Source: Atractiella rhizophila (Eukaryota). Taken from it: a DNA stretch of 45,922 nt. Every line of letters starts with the position of its first letter. Position 1 is the first letter of the stretch. Below the pieces are notes generated by a model. It ran no database searches, was not told where the DNA came from, and saw only the letters and a program-made list of their open reading frames with translations. Positions 22,801 through 34,781 of the stretch are shown piece by piece. The translations under genes were made by a program, and so were the position numbers. The stretch spans positions 1 to 45,922 of the forward strand of contig MU271526.1 of assembly GCA_021432655.1 (NCBI GenBank), given 5' to 3'.

Positions 22801-25601
22801 GGGACCGCCCGTCTGCCTGCGGAAGGAGGAGGCACGTGGAACAGGACGTCGGTTTATGCAGAAGAAGTGGATAGCGATAGTGCGGCGGAAGGCGAAGAAG
22901 AGGAAGAGGAAGGGGAAGGACAGACTATCATTTTCACCGAGCCGGCCTTTCAATTTGACAATCACTGCGAAGTTTGCGGGAGGGAATTCGACGTTGATTT
23001 GGATGTTGAAGATGGATCGTTTCTCCCTATCGATCCTTTCCCGCTTCCTTTCCCTGTTCCGACACCGTCTTCCTCTCCCTTCCTCACTTCTGTGTCAACT
23101 GCGGCTTCTCAACATAGGAAACACGCACCGGAGCGGGTGATGGATTTGGCAGAGAGGATAAGAGACTATAAGGCGTTTCGAGCTAATACTCGGATGATTC
23201 ATGGAACGGAGAAAGGAAAGGGGAAGGTGGTGGACGATGCATTGATTGAAGAAGATGAAGAGGAAGAGGAAGAGGAAGAGAGTCGGGAGGAGGTCAAGCT
23301 CATCAGTTTTGAGGATTCGGAACGAGAACACAACCTTGCTACTCCAGTCACTCAGAGGCAGGGAAGTACGCAAAGCGTTATGGACGATCTTATGAGTAAG
23401 TATTTTCCTTGCTTAATGCAGGATGAATCCCACAGAATTGCGCTAGGCCTTGATTCCCAAGACTTTTCCTACCCTTCTTTACTCCCCCTCTCTTCTCCTC
23501 CCGACATCAACCCTTCCCAGCCCCCGACTCCAAGCGGTGCTCCCAGCGCAAGCAACTTTAACAGTAAGAGGCGTGAAGCTATAGTGCGACTTAGTGGAGA
23601 GGATATCATCCTCAAACTTGTGGAAGCAGGTGCGTCTCATTTTTCTATTTACGGTTCAGCTTTTGAACTGCAACTAGACCGTCGACTCTTTGAAGCCGTC
23701 TCCCTCTTCATATCAGTCGAAGCTTCAAACGGTTCATCTGCACTTACTCCACCACGTGGTCGTCCAGGCCACAATTCCCGTCCTGCATCTCCCATGAACT
23801 CAGAACCTGAATCGAGCGGTTCCCACAGCAGACAGAACAAGCGTTCAAGCATCGGACCGTTTGCCCCGCCAACAATTCCTCACCGACAAAATTCGCTAGG
23901 AACTATGTTTCATTTACGGGGGCGGACTCCCACTTCTCCTTCAGTTGACTCGCCTCCCAGACAACGCTGGGGAATGCCCTGTATGCCATTTTCCATCCTA
24001 GCCCTGCGCTTCCGCGCTCTCCCTCTTCAGATCCTAGCGGACACCCGTCCCCTGAACCTGAACAAATCGACGAGTCGGTCATCCAGCAATTAATCGCTCA
24101 GATTCATCGAAGTCAAGATGATCTGCTTCAGTCCTTTTCAGATCTACTGGGATTCATGGGCGATACTTCCACCTTGCAGTTCGTGCGGGAGCGGGACCTC
24201 GTCCATATGTCGAGAAACTTGTCATTCTTGTTCAAGCCATTGCGAACGGTTTGAATATTGATTCGCTTATCAATGGCTTGGATGAAAGCAAGAACAGCGA
24301 GGACGACGGAAGCCCTAGAAGGCACAGATCCGCTTCAAACCCTCGTCCTTCATCATCAAAAAGGATGGAGAAGCAGCCTTCGAAGGAGGCGGATCCTGCC
24401 GTTGAAGCATTGGCCAAAGATGTTTGCGCGAAATTGGCAGATATACGAGATTTTGGAAGAAGATGGATGGGTTTGAAAGAAGGGAAGCTCACGGATCAAC
24501 CAAGGGAAAGCTGGGAGATCCTCAACCTGACACTTTCTGACCTCCAAGACGATAGGTCCTCTCGCCGATTGAGCGGATTCAGCAAGCGGCTCTGGGGCAG
24601 TATTTCTGGAGCCCGTCCCAGCACTTATCTCAATCCTTCTGGTTCATCCTCCATGGCAGCACTAGACCTCAGCGACAACTCAAGCTCCCTTCCTCCTTCG
24701 ACTGCACATATTCGAAGGCAAGCCTCCCTTTCTCTGGACGATTTACCAAGTTCTGGCAGAGCCTCCAACCACAAGACAGCGACGAAGAAGGACGAGTTAG
24801 ATACCCTCGAGGATCTCGTTGCCGCTGTTGAAGCTTTTGACGAAGCATATGTTGCCTTCGCACGTCTTGTTGTCGAGCGTCATTCCACGGTCAAGGCTGC
24901 CCGACGTCAACGACGGTTCGAGAGACGGACTCTCAAGCTGCGCAACGGATTCGCTCATTATGGAGCTGTAGACCTTGAGATCCCGAACGATAGCTCGAGT
25001 GTGATGAGCACCAGAGATCTTGTGAGCTGCACCTTGGCTCTCGCGGTTGACTGTGGATGGATATCGACAGACGAGATTGAGATGTGCGACCCTCAGGTCT
25101 TCGTCATTCTGCCCCGTTTGACTCTGTTGGTTGGAGTGTTCCAGTATGTTCTTCCGTTTACACTCAGATCAAGTTTAACAATCTCGTAACAGCGCCACGT
25201 TCCCTCAAAAGTGGGATCATGATTGTCATCATAACAAAGAATGCGATGTCTACTTTGTCTTCCTCCCTCGCGTCTGTCGCGGCTTTCTCAAATCCGATAT
25301 CCGCGTCCTCAAGTCCCTGGATGCAGTCGATCGTTCCAACCTGGCGCTTACTCTAGGGGGTAAGGAACCCAAAAGCCTGCCATCCCCTCAAGTTATCAGC
25401 CTCTTCAAGATCATCAGCAGTCTTGCCGATCGTGCCAGCCAGGGTGGAAAAGGTGTTTCAGGTTGGATCCGAATCATGCAAAAAGTCATTAAAGCTCGGA
25501 ATGGGATGAGCATTGCTGGAGAGGAAGAAGAAGACATTGAAAGTGTCGCAAAAGAGCTGATGGATGCGGCCGTCAAAACACAAGCCGTGAGTAGAGGTTA
25601 A
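19852..25601 (+). CDS. Large (~1800 aa) protein: long Ser/Pro/acidic disordered region plus C-terminal LST2/ZFYVE28-like helical domain; unresolved frame break at ~24110-24250
   Basis: Long ORFs 19852-24093 and 24251-25189. Introns 20108-20179, 23630-23677, 23981-24030, 25144-25192. Last exon open to TAA at 25599-25601. Contains AVDCGWISTDEIEMCDPQVFVILPRLTLLVGV and LFKIISSLADR. Confidence 0.75.
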
Positions 25602-26626
25602 AAGCATTATTCTTATTTCCATAAGAAAGTTAATCAGTTGTTCTTTCATTGCATTTCTCACTTTGGATCGCACAAACTGAATTGTCAGGCAGCGCCGACT
25701 ATTTCATGTTCATTTGTCTTCGATTTCACTTTCAAGCTGAAGTTAATTGTTTATAAGTCCTTGCGTCTTTTAAGAACTTCGAATCTTCGACTGATTGAAC
25801 AGGATTTGGCATGGCGACAGGCAGTCTCTCATTGAGTGGCAATGCGTTTTTGGGTCCTTCGCGTACTTTTTTCTTTCTCGATGTTTAGCATACAGTCCTT
25901 CCTTACACTCCATTCTTTGTCGTGTCTCACTTTCAATGGATTGTCTTAAACTGAATAATACTTCTGTTGAACGACCCTCAACAAGTTCCGTGAAAGTTTG
26001 GTTAATCAGTCGGGTAGTTTGCAGGTACAAGTTCAGAGAAGACCATAAGGGGAAATGCGGCGAACATCAACGAGTAAGACTGCTGATACCAATCAACGTC
26101 ACGTTGCGTAAGACGTTGGCTTGAAAAATGAAGACGTTGCCTTCCAATTTCAACCCAGTGCTCGGATCTCGTATTTGATATGCGTGAGACTGAGCTTCGA
26201 GTGCTGCTCGCGACACACTTTATCATAATGGTTCCAGTCCCCTTTTCTCCTGCAAATTCCCTTCCTTGATAAAATACGTAGGCTGCAATGTACAGGTCCG
26301 CTGTTGTCGGCCCTGTCAGAGTGCTTTCCGTGACTTTATCAGTCTAGAATCCTAACAGGCGACATGGAATTTTTACCATGGGGTCTCGAGCTCTTTGAGA
26401 GAGAAGTTCATCGCTCGGATCCTCTTGAAAGAGAATAACTCCTACGACGGCGCTCCCCCTGCGAATGGCCCAGAGGAAGGTAGTTCGCGTCTTTTTACTC
26501 TCTGTTTTTCCATTTCTCCTCATCTTTTGCCTTCTTCGACTTCCACCAATCCTCTTGCTCCTCCTCTCCACGTGCCGGCCGCCGCCCTTCATGCGCCATC
26601 CTATCCTTCCATCATTCTGGTGAGCA

Positions 26627-28528
26627 TTAGCTTGCCCTAAGCCTTCTCTCCATATCAGGGCAATCATAGATCGGGTGCTCGCCGTTGCACTTCGAGTCGA
26701 TACACCTATGGGGTCGACGACACTTATTTGGATTGCAAGTCCCTCGATTAAATTCAAGGCATACGGCACCCGAATATAAATGTCCCCTCATCTCATGAGG
26801 AAGCGCGACTTCTCTCCAAAGTTCCCACCAAGGAGGACGCGAGAACGCTGAGTGTGGGCCTGGATGCGCCAATCTACGGCGCTTGTTCCACGATGTCTCA
26901 GGATTGTCTTCTCTGAGGCGTTTTACATGGACGTTTTGCATGGCTTTCGGCCCAGTAGGGATTTTGGTCTGCGCCATCTCCGTCTCCTGCGGCTGTTGTT
27001 GCTTTTTGAGCGGAAGTGAGATCGGTTCGGCCTTGATCCTGTGGACGAAACAGTGCCTGTCGAGTTGCGCTTTGAAAGCATCGACTTTGAGGGGCTCGAG
27101 AAAACGGTTCTTGTCGGCCACGCCTTCATCCGCTCTTCGGCCATCATCTTCAAGTTGAGGCGAATACGGCTGACTGATATCCCTTCCGCCTTGCATTTGT
27201 TGCATGCCTTGCCTCCTCGGTGATGCAGCGTATAGTGGGTCATTTTCATCGTTCGCCTCTTGCTTCAACAGCAAGGTCTGTGTTTCCTCTTCCTTCGGAC
27301 ACTCATCACCATCTCCGACATCCATCAAACTCTCGCTGTTGTGGTCTTCAACATTGAGAGGCACAACAAGTTCGATATGAGAGGATGAAAAAGTTTCGTT
27401 GTTGGACTCCTCAGCTTCACCGAAATCTGAGACTTCTAGATCTTCCCCATCGCCTACGTCCAACAAATAACCCCCATCTATTTCCTCAATATCATCATCC
27501 TCTGGAAGATTCGACTCCTCTTCCTCTTCCTCCATGAATTCCACCAAGTCCTCTTCCTGTTCGTCTCCGTCGTCGGCGATTTGATCTTCGTCCTCCTCGT
27601 CTTCAACTCCTCCTCCGACATCCATTAACCATGCATCCTCTTCCTCTTCTCCATCTAACTCCTCAGATACGGCCGCTGCACCTTCCTCTTCTGTGACTCC
27701 GCAGATCTCTCCTATCATCTCTCCCTCTGCCTCCCACACGGAGGGTTCCGGATTTTGCAATGGAAAATGCGGCGCGCCGCCAATCTCTGGCAGCAACCCG
27801 CGGTCTACAGGATCGAGGAACATATCTACACCCTCTTCTGCGACCTCATTCTTCAGCTTCCCTCCCGATTCTGAGGCTCGTTGGGAAGAAGAAACATTTG
27901 CGGAAAGGGCAAAGGAGTCCGGGGGTGGGTTGAGCGGACAGACGGTAAGCTGAGCTTGCGACCTCGTCCCTGGAGGAGAAAGGGTAAGTGGCGTAGGCAA
28001 TAAAGCTGCCGCCGATTGCAGCTGAGAGGTCATAGGCATTGGCGTGTCCGTGAGCTCCTGCGCGTAGATGGGGTTCTGAGAAGTTACTGTAGCCTCCTCC
28101 TTCTGCTCCAAACCTAGAGAGCGCAAGATAGAAGCAGAACGATGTATGCCGTACGAGGAAGAAGGCGAAGCGATTCCTGACGTCGCTGGTGGCACTTCAA
28201 CTGACGTTTGGGACTGGACAGTCGGTTGGAGTAGGGGAGGTGGAGCTACCAGTGTCGTACTCCTCTTTCCCACGCTGACCCAACTCATCGTCTTCCTCCC
28301 GTTCTCTCCAACATTTTTTGAAGCTTCTCCTCCAGCTGAAACACTCACTTCTTCCCCCTCCGCCACAACCTGCTTCTTTCTCGCAGCAGCAGCTTTACTT
28401 TGCGCCATCCACACAGTCAATAAGAGATTGTCGAGCGCTTCCTGCGCACTTTTGAGATCTTCTTGAGGATTTTGAAAGAGTGGACGGGTTGGGACTAAAG
28501 GATTGAACGTTTCTGCCATCCTGCGCAT
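26627..28528 (-). CDS. Intronless 633-aa acidic low-complexity protein with C-terminal CCCH + CCHC zinc-finger pair
   Basis: Uninterrupted 1.9-kb ORF; C-terminus CLEFNRGTCNPNKCRRPH-R-CIDSKCNGEHPIYDC. Confidence 0.75.
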   Translation of the reverse strand: MRRMAETFNPLVPTRPLFQNPQEDLKSAQEALDNLLLTVWMAQSKAAAARKKQVVAEGEEVSVSAGGEASKNVGENGRKTMSWVSVGKRSTTLVAPPPLLQPTVQSQTSVEVPPATSGIASPSSSYGIHRSASILRSLGLEQKEEATVTSQNPIYAQELTDTPMPMTSQLQSAAALLPTPLTLSPPGTRSQAQLTVCPLNPPPDSFALSANVSSSQRASESGGKLKNEVAEEGVDMFLDPVDRGLLPEIGGAPHFPLQNPEPSVWEAEGEMIGEICGVTEEEGAAAVSEELDGEEEEDAWLMDVGGGVEDEEDEDQIADDGDEQEEDLVEFMEEEEEESNLPEDDDIEEIDGGYLLDVGDGEDLEVSDFGEAEESNNETFSSSHIELVVPLNVEDHNSESLMDVGDGDECPKEEETQTLLLKQEANDENDPLYAASPRRQGMQQMQGGRDISQPYSPQLEDDGRRADEGVADKNRFLEPLKVDAFKAQLDRHCFVHRIKAEPISLPLKKQQQPQETEMAQTKIPTGPKAMQNVHVKRLREDNPETSWNKRRRLAHPGPHSAFSRPPWWELWREVALPHEMRGHLYSGAVCLEFNRGTCNPNKCRRPHRCIDSKCNGEHPIYDCPDMERRLRAS

Positions 28529-29525
28529 TGCCTACCTATTCGCCCACTCGTTTGCAATAGCCTGATGAAGCAAGCAGCACCCACCTAGAGAAGGACTGAT
28601 ATGTGTGTTGTCGTTTGCCCAAAGGCTAGTGAGATGGACGAGGCTAATGCGACGAAAAGCTCTGTGATCGGATCAGTTGTTACTAATTGTCAAACAAGTT
28701 CAACTGAAAACTAAATTACAGCCACAAATGACTCGCACGGACAAAATAATTTTGAATGTGCCATAGACAAGTTCGACTTTCACTTTTAAGAAGTCACCAT
28801 CAATACAATGCCCACATTCATGTAACCTGGACCGATACGCCTGGATATTGTCGCTAACACAGGAGCGACATTGAACGCAAATGGGACCCCTAACAAGAGA
28901 CACTCCTCCGGTTGCAGAGCAAATAAACGGCGGTCAACCTCCATGCTGCTTTAGCTGGATCCTTGATAGCGCTGTCCTGAGAGAATTTGGCATGTCTACG
29001 TTCAATAAGCTCCAAGGTCCAGCGACTCCTTTCAATTCAAGTCGTGCTTCTGCTTTCTAAGTGGAACAGAGCCCACATGTGAGTCTAAGCAAACTTCCGT
29101 TTGAATACTCCAAAACTGTCTGTCGTTAGGGAGGTACCTTTACATCTATTGCTTCCTAAGTGGCGCCTCAAGCATCATTGTATAAATCGGGAATAGTTCA
29201 ACAGAAGCATCCTTTGACCTCGACGACTACGTTAGGCGATGTAAGGAACCGACTTGGTATCGACGGTAGCCACGGTTCTTAGTGATTGATGAAAGAAAAC
29301 TGGAAATCGGAACAAATGTTGAACACCGCGGAAGAGAGACATTCAGCACGAATGCATGGAGCACAGATTATTAGAAAGCAGGATGGTGTCAATAGAAAAA
29401 CGATTGCGAATACAATACAATGATACGCGTACTGTTTCCCGACACAGCTTACATTACCGAGACAACTTGAAACTCACAGAGTCTGCCATCGCAACACACA
29501 AGCACTAAAACGGAATGATTAAGCA

Positions 29526-32500
29526 CTAACTCCAACTTGCAAACGTTCCACTCTCCATTTCTCCCGGTGTCCAAGCCCCCATGCCTCCTCCCCCGCTCAT
29601 ATTACCCACATCCCACGGTGCATTCTCCATGGGCAAACCACCAAAGGCTGCACCACCTGCCGACAATTCGAACTGGGAACCAAAACCAGGGAAAAGGAAG
29701 TTGTTCCAAAGGCCTTGTTGGTCCACTGTCGACCATTACACAATCAGCGTTGCGCATGAGAGAGTTAAGGAGTGGAAAACGTACGGAAGTTATCCATCTC
29801 GGCATCAGTCGCCAAGTTAAAGCTTCCATTTGCGTTCCCGTTCACAAAAGTTCCTCCGTCTGCATTCATATCCATCCCCATCCCACCCTGAGGTTGTTGT
29901 TGAATCGCAAAGTTCTTTACCACGCTCTCCAAACCCAATGCATTCCCTTCCTGCCCAACTACGTTCGTTTCCTGCCCAGCAACCAAACTTCCCTCCCTCG
30001 TACCTGCCGCACGGGTGCCGGTTCCCCTCCTTCCCTCCAACAGCATCTTGAGGAACTTGGCATACAGTGCAGGAGTGTGCGTATCGTCCACGGCCACGGA
30101 CTCGAAAAGGTCTATCACTTCTTGGACCAACAAGAGGAGCCTCGTCTCGGAACAAATAGATTCGAAGTCAGGTCGAATGCATTTGAGAAGGAAGACGGCA
30201 GCGTAAGAGAGGAAAACGAATTGAGCGTCAGTGGCGTAGCGCAGGTGGTTCTATTCCCTTTATGAAAACTATGAAAGGAACACGGGAAAGCACTAACACG
30301 TGGACCGAGGATATCCTTTCCTATGCGTATGATCCCGCTTGCATTCTCAAAGCACTGAAGAAATAAACCGTTGAGATCGATGGTCTCGTTTTCGTTGTCC
30401 CTCTTATCGAGAGCATTTTGGAAGCCAAAACTGAGGAGTAAAAGTTTGTAGTAGTGATCTGCTCACATGCTAAAGATCTGCTGGTTGGAAGGGGGACAAG
30501 ACAAACAGTAAAACATCTTGATCGCCGCCCAATAATGAGGTGCGCGCAATTGAGCAAGTGCTTCGATTGGAACGCTCCACTCGTCCCTCCAAGAGTCGAT
30601 CTGGGTAGAGAACGTTCTGAGCAGCATGGTATAGTCAAGATGAGGGTTTAGACCAGACGGTGTGGTTGTGTCCTTGTAGAGCGTCAATGAACAGAAGGAT
30701 GAGAGAGTCAGGGACAAACGCTATAGAGTATGTCAAGTATCCTCGTATTAATCCGATGCAGCTGGACCATAGCTACAATTCCCGTATCACCAATCGAGCT
30801 CGCGCGTTGCCGATGCCACGTTCTAGAGTTCCTGATGATAAAATCTTCCTTTGGGATGGAATATGGCTTTCCCATCTGTGAAGAGAGTGAACGGTCCTGA
30901 ATCCAAACGGCCAGCCAGGTGCGTTCACGGTTCAGGAGCTCGCGTTCGAATTGCAGTTGAGTTTGTTCATCACTGTCTTCAGGTAGACGAGCTGTGCTTT
31001 TTCGGTGCAGGTTGAGATCAGTGCACATTCGGATCGCGATGCCTTCACCGTTATGAGCATCATGCATGGGTTGGGAGCAATGAATTCGTACCGAGAAAGG
31101 CCCATGTCCGATCTTCCTCAAACCTCTCCGCAGGTTGATTCCACAAACTCAGCAGCAGGAATCCTTGCACGATCTCCACGCTCTTATATCCTTTATTGAG
31201 GACTTCAAACGCGACTTTCTTCGCCGTCGTCAGACATCGCTGATAGAGGTCCTTTCGTTCGGTATAGAACCTAGCGGCGACGGCGCAAATGACTGTGAAA
31301 AGGAAGGGTGATCGAGAGCCCACGAGTGTTGGAGTGTGGAAGTCAGCATCTAGAAAGGAGTTGTGGATGCCAATATGCTCGAAATAAATCCGGAACAAGG
31401 CCACAGCTTCTTCAATCGTCACTATCTTCTCTGTCAAAATAGCAGGCGGCATTCTTGATTCGATGACCACACGGCGGAGCGGTAGAATGTTCATGGCTGT
31501 AGGGAGGAAATAAGCTTTCGAAGCGAGGCCAACAGGGCGTTGTCCGGTCACAAGTGGATCGTCGTCACGGCGCTCCCTCTCCACTTCCAACACGGCCGCT
31601 ACTTCACCGTTCTGGCTGAGTAGGGGGGACTCGTTCTCTTTCCGCTGCTGCTTCCTGCTGTTCTGTAGCGACGCTCTATATCCACAATAAACAGGAGACC
31701 AGGCGCCAGGAAAAACCATTTACTCAGCTAACAAGCCTAAAGGATTCAGTGTGTTGTCCGGCAGACTATGTAAGCGGGGCGACGGTGGCTTTTCACGACT
31801 AGCATCCCGTACCGAAGGTTGAGTCGAACTGCGTCCTCGCCTTGAGTCATCATCAAGGCGTGGATCGATCGCAACAGGGAGCGGGCGAGTTGTGGGTGAC
31901 AGCGTTATGGGTGCGATGGGAGGCGTGCCTGTCAGCATGCCAGCGGAACTGGCCATAACTCCAGGATGGGAGATGCTCTTGAGTACGACGTCTAGGGTTT
32001 GTTCCTTATATTCCGGTCATGAATAGCAGTTTGGTGGAGGAGAAAAGAAGAGCCACCATTTTCTTGAGACTCGAAGCCATGGCATCGTGTTTCTTATTTG
32101 ATCGTTTTCCACGCTGCGACTCCTCAAATATACATTCATGACCACCATTGGAGCTGAACCCTCCGCCGATTAACTGTCTCATAACGGCAGAATAAAAGAT
32201 TGACGCACCAACGCTTACAAGGCGGCCCGACATCGACCCCATCCTCCATCCTCGGCACACACCTCATCTTCAATCTCCTGCACACCATACAAGCCCTCGC
32301 TCCCCTCGTTGTCTTTGGTTTCTTCGGTGGGGGTTCACCCTCCTCCTCTTTTTTCGCAATCATACCATTCGATGGCCGATCCCTCTTCGTTCCCTTCCCA
32401 TCACTCGACCCAGGAGTCAGTCCGTCGGCCTGGGGAGAAATGTCGCTCCCGCTCCCCCTGGTGGTGTGCTGGTGAGGGCTGCTGATGGTCCGACTTGCTG

Positions 32501-32609
32501 CGTTCCACATTCCTTCTCCACCAGGGACTGGAGGGATCCCATCGATAAAGTTGGAGGAAGAGGAGCTTTGATTGTACATGTTAGGAGAGGAATCGAGTGG
32601 GTAATTCAT
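29526..32609 (-). CDS. Zn(II)2Cys6 fungal transcription factor (PriB-like) with fungal-specific TF domain, multi-exon
   Basis: RGARACMVCRRLKMRC...PPCKRCSNGGHEC cluster (split by an intron), TLNPLGLLAEASL, RSPFLFTVIC, KSVEIVQGFLL, NRERTWL..DRSLSSQMGKP. Confidence 0.92.
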
Positions 32610-34781
32610 CGGGGTTGTGCAGCCGGATCTCACAGAGAGATAGCAAAGATGAGAGAGTGTGTGAGAGTAATCTGTCAAACAAATTCCATTAGTATGAGCC
32701 ATCTCAGACGTGACACCGTGCCACCGAACCATAAGCAGTAAAAGAGATAACTGGAGCTCAGTCTTATACGCCAGACAATGTCAGTTAATTCGGACTCTAA
32801 AACTTCCAGAACCCTGTGACTGCAAGCTGAAATGTTGGGTTCCGAACGCATTCCGTGTTTGAACAGGGTCAGTACGGCGTCAAGAGCATGTCATATTCGA
32901 CCCTTGCACGACGAACATCCCGACCGCACCGTCGTACCTTTTTTCTTAGAAACAGACAAAGCTATGCTATTGTAGTGGTTGCCTTATAGACAAGTGTGCA
33001 GATCCAAATCCAGGAAACTCGCCCATCTTCGAACTTCCGAGGTACTTGAAGAACAAAATCAATTCAACGAAGGGTTGGTAACGGACCCCTTAGAGCCCTG
33101 GTCCAGCCAAGAGATAGCAAGAAAAAGGTCATCATTATGAATGCCGCCTGTGGACGTGTTATGGTCAGCCCGACGGCAACGCCGAAGTGGAGCGACGCGC
33201 AATGAGGCTGTTTTCATTGGCTGCAAAGAGCTGGGGCAGCAGCAGCACAGATCTGGAGTACTTCAAAGAATGTGCGGGGCACAGAATCGTTTCATAGAAT
33301 CCGAAACTGCCTTCAAGCACGCAAAGCACTGGCTAGAGTAAGTGGGAGAAAAAGATAGAGGTTCGGCTCCTCCCGCCTCTTATAATGGGAAGGAGAGTAT
33401 ATGGTTATCAAGACGGATTAAAAGACAACAGCATTTCGAATGACAGAACATGCAGAGCCCTTTGCGTTGTCAAGAGTTCACAATCTGGACTCACCCAAGC
33501 AAGTCTTTGCGCAACGATCTGCTCAACCTTGAGACCGGCAATCAACACGATTCCCTGAGCGACAACAGTTCCCCTTGAGTCTTATGCCGTGTTGCTCTTC
33601 CTGTCCTTCCCCTCGATCCTCCTATCCACTCCGAATCCAATACAATTCCAATGCTCGAGTGTCAGCTCGGGTGGAACAAGTCTCCGTCCGGTGGTGCAGT
33701 TCCGGCGGCCGATATGGTGCGCGCGATAGAGTGCTGAGGGTCGCTGCTCGAATGGGGAACTGGGGAAGTCTGGGGAAATCGAAATCCAAAATTGTAGGCC
33801 AACTGCGGAGTTGGTCGGAGATCTTGATCCCTTGGGGGGTTGGTTGATGTTCCTCCTTACGATTTGGGACTTGCGACAGTAATATTTGTGGAGCAGGATG
33901 GAGCAGTATGGATGTAGTATGGATGTTCAGAGGGACTAGGATAGGTCAAAGAAAAAACCAAAACCAAAGTCCGTGTTTCAACCAAGCAAGCTTGGGACGA
34001 TGCCCGAATCAATGAATAAAGAGCTCGCGCGCTCGTTGCTAATGCCTACTGCTGCCCCATCGTTCTCCATCAATGATAGGCTCACGAAAAACGGACCGAA
34101 ATAAGAAGCTTCCCTGCTTCAACTGGTTCTGCCTTCTCCTGCTGCAAATAACTCCTTTCTTGGATTTGTGGTGGAGCGGAACCGCATTTCAAGCCGCTAT
34201 CCCTTTTCTACTTTTTGTTTGCTGAATTGGTCGTTTGCGCCAGCTCCCCATGACAGCCTGAGGCCTTTATGGTAAATCTTGCACTATGCTTTGACATCAG
34301 CTCCATAAGAATTGAAGTTGACTGTGGAATCTTTGCTTCTCTTGCGAACTGCCTCGAGATGAAGAGTAACATGGAAGAGAGAGCCGAATACTTTTATAAG
34401 ATCATGTGAGATTTGATTATCGTTGTTGATTTAACCAAACAAATTTACTTGTGAAGTTCCTTGAAAGTTCCTCAGTCAGCCTAAATCCGCCAGTGTAGTG
34501 TAGGGAAGTGGAACATAGTGGGAAGCAAAGGGAGATACGCCAACTTGGTACCCGCTACTTCAAATTACTAGCAGAACGCGAGATATGCCTTTAGATCGAG
34601 AAAGGAACACAATATTCGGACCTTGCACTACCTCGAACTGCTACTGCTACAATCAGAATGGATGTGCCCTGTTCTGGGGAGAAAGGGTTAGAAGGTTCGA
34701 ACATAGGAGTGTTGTCATGTCCAGAAGGTAATTGCTAGCACAGTTCCATTCTTACACTCCTTGTAAGTTCTTTCATTCAAG

